From positions 947,449-1,011,448 of the forward strand of contig CP065011.1 of assembly GCA_016699795.1 (NCBI GenBank): a DNA stretch of 64,000 nucleotides, in the 5' to 3' direction. This DNA is from Candidatus Moraniibacteriota bacterium (lineage in GTDB: Bacteria > Patescibacteriota > Minisyncoccia > Moranbacterales > GCA-2747515). A program made the translations under genes and the position numbers. Under the pieces are notes generated by a model. That model did no database searches and had not been told where the DNA came from. It worked only from the letters and a program-made list of their open reading frames with translations. Positions 58,662-64,000 of this stretch are shown here, piece after piece (the stretch's first letter is position 1; the number at the start of each line of letters is the position of its first letter).

Positions 58662-58956
58662 AAATTTTTTGAGCTTTAGAAAGTATGTTTTCCTTTATGT
58701 TCTCATTAAGAGCTTCTGGTGTAAGAAGATCTATTTTTTTTCCAATATTTTTTTCCATTTTACTCTGGATTTCAACGAGATCAAAAAAGCTTATCGAACT
58801 TTTGGGTTCAAATACGAAAAGAAGGTCGATATCGCTTTCATCTTTTGGACTTCCGTATGCATATGATCCAAAAAGAAAAACCTCCCGAATATCTTTTCGA
58901 TATGGAGAGTTCTTCACCTCTTTCTGAATAGTAGTAATGATATGAGATTGTGTCAT
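58654..58956 (-). CDS. mntA: MntA minimal nucleotidyltransferase (antitoxin of the HEPN-MNT pair)
   Basis: GSYAYGSPKDESDIDLLFVF NTase motif (GS...D.D); upstream of and overlapping hepT by 8 nt. Confidence 0.8.
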   Translation of the reverse strand: MTQSHIITTIQKEVKNSPYRKDIREVFLFGSYAYGSPKDESDIDLLFVFEPKSSISFFDLVEIQSKMEKNIGKKIDLLTPEALNENIKENILSKAQKIYG

Positions 58957-58990
58957 AAATTTTTCTTCTCTTTCACTTTACAGAAAAACA
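58935..58990. repeat. Direct repeat copy 1 (about 56 bp) covering the mntA start codon, RBS and promoter region
   Basis: taatgatatgagattgtgtcataaatttttcttctctttcactttacagaaaaa recurs at 59856 with 3 mismatches. Confidence 0.8.
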
Positions 58991-59175
58991 CAAGGAAAGT
59001 CCAATGAATTTTGTATATCGCAATTTTGGATTTTTTCCTTCACACAAAAAACGCGAAGTTTGTGCCTACTCATTCTCTTATGAAAGAAATGTATCACCGT
59101 ATGCATATAAAAGAGTGAAGGTCTGGCCAACCTATGTGCGATTCATACATAGTAATAAAGTTAAAATAATGTCCT

Positions 59176-59751
59176 ATGAAGTTTGATACAAAGAGTATTT
59201 TTGCTGGTTCGATTCTTACCGTTCTTGCCGGTACCGTCCTCGGAATAAGTGCGACACAAGCAGATGCTTTCTTTTCGAAAGGGGAGAAAAGTGAATCTCG
59301 AGAAGTAGTGCGAAAAGCTATCGAATCTGGGGATTACAATGCATTTCTCAAGGCTCGAGAAAATGTCTCTCGTCCTATGCACAAAGATGTCAGCGAAGAA
59401 GAATTTTTGAAGATACAGAAAATGCATACGCTCAAAAATGAGGGGAAGTTTGAAGAAGCTGACGCTTTGAGAAAAGAGCTTGGATTTCCTGAGCGAGATG
59501 GTCGTGGAGGTATGGGTAAGATGAAATCTTCTCAAGACAGACAGGCTACCTACAACGCCATGGAATCCGGAGATTTCAATGCATGGAAAGAAGTGATGGG
59601 AGATCGTCCTATAGCACAAACCATGACAGAAGAAAATTTTCAGAAACTTCGCCAAGCGCATGAAATGAAAAAGAATGGAAATCATGAGGGAGCACGTGCT
59701 CTAATGGAAGAACTTGGTATGGGTAAAGCTGGTAATGGATACCAAAGATAG
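59176..59751 (+). CDS. Secreted protein with two ~65-aa internal repeats
   Basis: Signal peptide ...VLGISATQADA; repeat units ESGDYNAFLKARE...FLKIQKMHTLKNEGKFEEADALRKELG and ESGDFNAWKEVMG...FQKLRQAHEMKKNGNHEGARALMEELG. Confidence 0.55.
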   Translation: MKFDTKSIFAGSILTVLAGTVLGISATQADAFFSKGEKSESREVVRKAIESGDYNAFLKARENVSRPMHKDVSEEEFLKIQKMHTLKNEGKFEEADALRKELGFPERDGRGGMGKMKSSQDRQATYNAMESGDFNAWKEVMGDRPIAQTMTEENFQKLRQAHEMKKNGNHEGARALMEELGMGKAGNGYQR

Positions 59752-59855
59752 AATCATCGCAATCCAAAAAATTGTGAGTTATCAGAAGACGTATCGCCAT
59801 CCGAATTTTGTGTTCGGGTGGCGAATATCGTTTTATCCTTCCTTCCCTGTATGTA

Positions 59856-59911
59856 TAATGATATGAGATTGTGTCATAAATTTTTCCTCTCTTTCACTTC
59901 ACAAAAAAATG
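59856..59911. repeat. Direct repeat copy 2, with a truncated mntA 5' remnant (MTQSHIIIHTGKEG*) on the minus strand
   Basis: Near-identical to 58935-58990; the remnant minus-strand ORF is about 59833-59877. Confidence 0.8.
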
Positions 59912-59959
59912 CAAAGAAATTCCCTTAAAGGTGTATACTTAAAAAAATAATAAAAATAT

Positions 59960-61894
59960 ATGAAAAAAATACACTGGTGGAGAATACTATGCGTTAGCGT
60001 TTTCTTTTTCTTTGGGATGCCTTTACTTGTTTGGGCCAAGTCATATACATATGAAAGTATTGATGTTGATATTGATATAAACAAAGACGCAACGATCCTT
60101 GTAAGAGAAAAGCAGGTATTTCAATTTTCTGGAGAATTTCATAAAGGCTATCGAGAAATTATCCTCAATGGAACAGACGCTATTCGAGATATAGCTGTCT
60201 ATGATGAGAGAGGGGTAAATCTTTCGTACCAAAAAAATCTTTCGCAAGAATACATACCTGGACTTGAAGGAAACTATAACTACCAAAAATCTGGAGGTTT
60301 TATGAAAATTTGGTGGTTTTTTGATGCACAAGATGAAACAAAAACATTCACTCTAGAATATACCGTCGTTGGCGCCCTTTCTTTTTTCGATGATAAAGAC
60401 GAATTGTATTGGAATATTCTTACCGATTATGATGTCGCTATTGCTTCTTCTACGGTACAAATCTCTCTTCCTGAAGAAAGTGAAATGAACACACTAAAAA
60501 TAAAAGAATACCTTCAAGGGGATGAAAGTTCTTTCTCAGAAATTCTCAATGAAAAAACAGCTCTTGCCAGTGCAACACAGCTTCAATCGGGGGCAGATTT
60601 TACCGTAGCTTTCGGATTTCCTCGGGGAATCATTGATCGTGGAGCTTATTGGGAAAGTCTCTTTTCTTTATACTGGGGATATATTCTCGGTGTTCTTATT
60701 TGGCTTATTACTCTTATTTTCTGTCTTGGATATTGGTATATGAGTGAAAAATACAATAAAGGACGAGGGACGATCATCGCCGAATACGAGCCTCCTCATC
60801 ATTTACCTCCAGCAATAGGAGAAGTTATTATGAAAGAGAAAATTTCTTCTAAGACATGGGCGTCTACCATTATAGATCTCGCTGTTCGTGGACATGTAAA
60901 AATAGAAGAAGAACCTGTACAAGCATGGATGAAATATCTTATCTTTCTTCCAGGAATAATCGGTGCTTTTTTCGTGGGGCAAATTATTTTTGTCATGATG
61001 CCTACAGAAGATGTTTTTCTGAAAATCTTGGCATTGTGTGTGTTTATAGGTATAGGAGTTATTTCTTTTACAAAAGATAAGAATAAGGGGAGATTTGAGA
61101 AAAAAGAATATAAACTTTTTCTCATAAAAGATAACGCGAAAGACATATTACGCCCATTTGAAAAAGAATTTCTCTCGGTGCTTTTTTCTGGAAGGGCTGG
61201 TGTGTTTTCAACTCGAGAAATTAAGAAAGAAGATGAACTTAAGCGACAAATGATGTATAGAAAATTTCAAGCTCTCCAAAAAAGTTTTTTTGATGAAGTG
61301 GCTCAGCTCGGTTTTCATAACCATTCCCTTAAGAAAGAATCATATGGAAAAACAGGACTTATATTTTTCTTTTTCGGTCTTTTTTTCCTCTCTTCCTTTA
61401 TAGGTTTTTGGGGATCGTGGCATTTCTTGATAGCTACTCTTTTGGGGGCATCTGCTCTTATTTCATACTTCATTTGGTTTGAAGTGAAACTCACGCCAGA
61501 AGGAAATGAAGAAAAAGAGAAATGGTTAGGATTTAAAGAATTTCTCTACAAAACAGAACGGTATCGTGTCCAAGAACTTACACCTGACATGTTTTATACA
61601 CTTCTTCCATACGCTATGATTTTTGGTATAGAGAGGCAATGGGCGAAACGTTTCGAAGGTATCGTGGTGAACAATCCTGATTGGCATACATCCCCAACAA
61701 TGTCTACCTCGGGGAGCTCTTCTTTTGTTTCGTCTGGATCTGTAGGAGCTTTTTCCGCGGGGGCGTTCTCCGCATCACTTAGCTCAAGTTTTTCATCAGC
61801 TTTTGCAAGTTCATCAGGCTCTTCAGGTGGAGCTTCTGGTGGGGGAGGATCAGCAGGTGGTGGAGGTGGAGGAGGTGGCGGTGGCGCTAGTTAA
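59960..61894 (+). CDS. DUF2207-like membrane protein with a C-terminal Gly/Ser-rich tail
   Basis: Signal peptide, about 230-aa extracytoplasmic domain, TM segments, C-terminal SSGSSGGASGGGGSAGGGGGGGGGGAS encoded by a GGN repeat tract (about 61810-61890). Confidence 0.5.
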   Translation: MKKIHWWRILCVSVFFFFGMPLLVWAKSYTYESIDVDIDINKDATILVREKQVFQFSGEFHKGYREIILNGTDAIRDIAVYDERGVNLSYQKNLSQEYIPGLEGNYNYQKSGGFMKIWWFFDAQDETKTFTLEYTVVGALSFFDDKDELYWNILTDYDVAIASSTVQISLPEESEMNTLKIKEYLQGDESSFSEILNEKTALASATQLQSGADFTVAFGFPRGIIDRGAYWESLFSLYWGYILGVLIWLITLIFCLGYWYMSEKYNKGRGTIIAEYEPPHHLPPAIGEVIMKEKISSKTWASTIIDLAVRGHVKIEEEPVQAWMKYLIFLPGIIGAFFVGQIIFVMMPTEDVFLKILALCVFIGIGVISFTKDKNKGRFEKKEYKLFLIKDNAKDILRPFEKEFLSVLFSGRAGVFSTREIKKEDELKRQMMYRKFQALQKSFFDEVAQLGFHNHSLKKESYGKTGLIFFFFGLFFLSSFIGFWGSWHFLIATLLGASALISYFIWFEVKLTPEGNEEKEKWLGFKEFLYKTERYRVQELTPDMFYTLLPYAMIFGIERQWAKRFEGIVVNNPDWHTSPTMSTSGSSSFVSSGSVGAFSAGAFSASLSSSFSSAFASSSGSSGGASGGGGSAGGGGGGGGGGAS

Positions 61895-62006
61895 AAATTA
61901 TATTTCTATTTTTCCTCTGATTTCATTCGAGAGATCACCCTCTTCATTTTTCCGTTATTTCGAGTAAGTGAGGCGAACCGAGAAATCTCTCCGAATTTGA
62001 AAAACT

Positions 62007-62049
62007 AAGAAAATCCCTCTCTACCTCTCCCTTTTCCTAAGGGAGAGAA
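62007..62049. repeat. 43-bp direct repeat copy A with embedded hairpin ctctccc-N9-gggagag
   Basis: aagaaaatccctctctacctctcccttttcctaagggagagaa; the second copy at 63339-63380 differs at one base. Confidence 0.8.
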
Positions 62050-62149
62050 GTAGAGTGAAAAATATTGCATTACTGACCAAAATAGTACATATTTACGTCA
62101 GTATACTAACCAGAAAAATGAGATTTGAATTTTTACATGCAAAGAAAGT

Positions 62150-62983
62150 ATGGATCGCAATTTTTTAATTACTAAAGAATACCAATCTTTTATAGAAAAG
62201 ATAAAAGAGGGTGTACAACGAGCGAGAAATAAAGCCATTCGGAGTATAAATAGTGAGCTTATTAGCCTTTATTATTTTATCGGAAAGCAAATTGTAGAAA
62301 AACAAAAAAAATCAAATTGGGGTGAAGATTTTATTGGACAGATTGAAGCTGATTTGAAAAGAATTTTTCCCGAATTAAGAGGTTTTTCTCGTCGAAATCT
62401 CAATTATATGAGAAGTTTGTATATTTTCTTTGGAAAAAATGCAAAAATGCCACAGCTTGTGGCACAAATTCCTTGGGGACATATCCGGCTTATTTTAGAT
62501 AAAATTAGAGATAAAAAAGAAGCTGAATTTTATATACAAAAGACTATTGAAAATTCTTGGTCTCGGGTTATTCTTGATCATCAGATTTCTTTGAATCTGT
62601 ATCAACGACAGGGTACGCTTGTAAGTAATTTTGATTCTACGATTAATGATCGAAATATAACTCTTATCAAAGAATCTTTTAAGGAGAATTATGTTTTGGA
62701 TTTTTTGAACTTGGAAGAATCCGCCAAAGAGCGTGATCTTGAGAATGCTCTTATTAAGAATATTACAAACTTTGTTCTTGAATTGGGTAAAGGATTCGCC
62801 TTTGTCGGCAAACAACATAAACTGGTCTTCTCTCCCTTTGCCAAAAGAGTATTACGAGTTTTTCCCTCCCTCTTCTCTCCCTTTGCCAAAAGGGAGTACC
62901 CGAGTCATCGAGGGGGAGGGATTTGTATTCCAGACATCATACTTAAGTCCCAAGAAAATCCACAAAAGTATGCGTCAATATGA
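62150..62983 (+). pseudogene. DUF1016 (YhcG-like) PD-(D/E)XK-family nuclease, C-terminal catalytic region replaced by repeat-derived sequence
   Basis: The N-terminal region matches the DUF1016 pattern (...NSELISLYYFIGKQI...WGEDFIGQIEADLKRIFPELRGFSRRNLNYMRSLY... GKGFAFVGKQHKL). It then runs into FSPFAKR-FSPFAKR, encoded by a duplicated ctctccctttgccaaaag element, and terminates without the (D/E)xK core. Confidence 0.5.
62827..62925. repeat. Cluster of short REP/MITE-like hairpin repeats inside the DUF1016 gene (2x cttctctccctttgccaaaag(g); inverted ccctccctc / gagggggaggg)
   Basis: The core ctctcccttt(g/t)cc(a/t)aa(a/g)gggag is related to the hairpin in the 43-bp flanking repeats. Confidence 0.6.
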
Positions 62984-63332
62984 TTCAAATCTCAATCAAA
63001 TAGCCAGAAAACTGAGAAAATCTATGACAGAGGCAGAGGTAAGAATGTGGCAAAGATTGAGAAAAAAACAAGTTTGTAATATTCAATTTTTTAGACAAAA
63101 AATTATTGGAAATTATATCGTTGATTTTATCGCACCATTAATACATCTTGTTATTGAAATAGACGGAGGGGGACATTTCGAAAAAGGACAGCTCATAAAG
63201 AAAGATCGTGTTCGTGAAGTTTATTTAAAGCAAAAAAATCTCTCGATTCTTCGATTTACAAATACAGAAGTGATGCAAAATATAGATGGAGTTTTTATAA
63301 GTATTTATAAGTTTATTGAGAGTAGGAATTAA
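62970..63332 (+). CDS. DUF559 (Vsr-like) endonuclease-domain protein
   Basis: MTEAEVRMWQRLRKKQ...FRRQKIIGNYIVDFIAPLIHLVIEIDGGGH...LSILRFTNTEV matches the DUF559 pattern (LW..LR....G.KFRRQ..IG.YI.DF.C....L.IE.DG..H...VLRF.N.EV); the start is the in-frame ATG at 62970. Confidence 0.65.
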   Translation: MRQYDSNLNQIARKLRKSMTEAEVRMWQRLRKKQVCNIQFFRQKIIGNYIVDFIAPLIHLVIEIDGGGHFEKGQLIKKDRVREVYLKQKNLSILRFTNTEVMQNIDGVFISIYKFIESRN

Positions 63333-63338
63333 ACTCCA

Positions 63339-63380
63339 AGAAAATCCCTCTCCACCTCTCCCTTTTCCTAAGGGAGAGAA
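63339..63380. repeat. 43-bp direct repeat copy B
   Basis: aagaaaatccctctccacctctcccttttcctaagggagagaa. Confidence 0.8.
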
Positions 63381-63621
63381 AAATACACCTTCTTATTATC
63401 CCTGTATCATTTTCTGTCCAGCCAAAGGCTGATCAACGTCTTCGCCTTGCCATCCTTGCGGAGGTGGGGAGTCAGCTTAATCAAAAATTCCTCTCGAGAA
63501 AATTAGCCCTCTATGAGACAAAAGCTAGATATTCTTAGGAATGTATTGTGCTTTTTCTTTCAAATTTTGACATCCCTTAGTATATTACATATATTCTTTA
63601 ATAAGAGCCAAATATATATTT

Positions 63622-64000
63622 GTGAAACAGCTTTCCACTCGAACAATTTCTTTCATCTCTCTCATTGCTATTGCCTTTCTAGCATTAGGAATTTTTGCAA
63701 TGCAAAGAGTTTACAATACTCCTCTTCCTATTGTGGAGAATAAGAAAACAGAGACTCAAGAAAAGAATGAAGAGAACATACTTGAAACTACTATTGATAC
63801 ATTGAATTGGAAAACTTTTCGAAATGAAGAATACGGATTCGAAATGCAAATTCCTAGTGATTGGGGGATAAATAAAGACACCTATCCTTTTCCTCCCGGC
63901 ATAGGAGGGGAATGGTTTACTGCGGAACCTATTGATCGTGTAGATAATGGAAAGTTACGATTTACCGTTGCTGTTTTTAACTCTACGGAAAACCCAATAA
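63622..64000 (+). CDS. Partial ORF (3' end outside window): signal-anchored protein, GTG start
   Basis: Open to the window end with no stop; N-terminal TM ISFISLIAIAFLALGIFAM; no RBS seen, so the call is weak. Confidence 0.3.
   Translation, partial: MKQLSTRTISFISLIAIAFLALGIFAMQRVYNTPLPIVENKKTETQEKNEENILETTIDTLNWKTFRNEEYGFEMQIPSDWGINKDTYPFPPGIGGEWFTAEPIDRVDNGKLRFTVAVFNSTENPI

Noticed and set aside
59161-59685. Minus-strand 174-aa ORF
   Set aside because: It is antisense across the whole secreted two-repeat protein gene, which has a clear signal peptide and internal repeats.
1-64000. Checked for CRISPR arrays, rRNA, transposase or integrase genes, and alternative genetic code usage
   Set aside because: No spaced direct-repeat arrays, no rRNA-like segments and no recognisable transposase or integrase are present. 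ORFs terminate normally at TAA, TAG and TGA with no in-frame stops in the conserved genes, so the standard code is used.

Overview
This is a low-GC (about one-third GC by eye) bacterial window using the standard genetic code, with very small intergenic spacing. Its housekeeping content suggests a reduced, possibly episymbiotic CPR/Patescibacteria-like genome; that is inference from gene content, since no rRNA is present. Left to right: a 5'-truncated Cys-rich tandem-repeat surface protein; recJ; rnhA; a MacAB/DevCA-like efflux module (HlyD adaptor, ATPase, two FtsX permeases); clpB; a thioredoxin-CcdA fusion, a large polytopic membrane protein and csrA on the minus strand; wecG/tagA; gltX; folA; a small nucleotide kinase; an [FeFe]-hydrogenase HydA; an ABC exporter; a 2628-aa giant secreted protein (LamG, beta-helix-like repeats, many FN3-like domains); gatB; a second MacAB-like module; miaA and thrS (minus); hisS; and a VanX / DapF-like / GNAT cluster. 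Two adjacent tRNA(CAT) genes on the minus strand (one elongator-like, one initiator-like) follow. Downstream lies an accessory island of secreted/membrane and defence-type genes: an LCAT-like lipase, four tandem paralogous small TPR-like proteins each with its own promoter and terminator, a wHTH-PRTase protein, an AbiEii-like toxin, UDP-xylose synthase, a HepT/MntA pair, a duplicated promoter repeat flanking a secreted protein gene, a DUF2207-like protein, and a disrupted DUF1016 nuclease plus DUF559 endonuclease bounded by hairpin direct repeats. I found no CRISPR array, rRNA or obvious transposase/integrase. The most distinctive unexplained signals are the four-gene paralog array, the repeat-flanked nuclease cassette, the duplicated MntA promoter repeat, and a GC-rich non-coding island after the giant gene.
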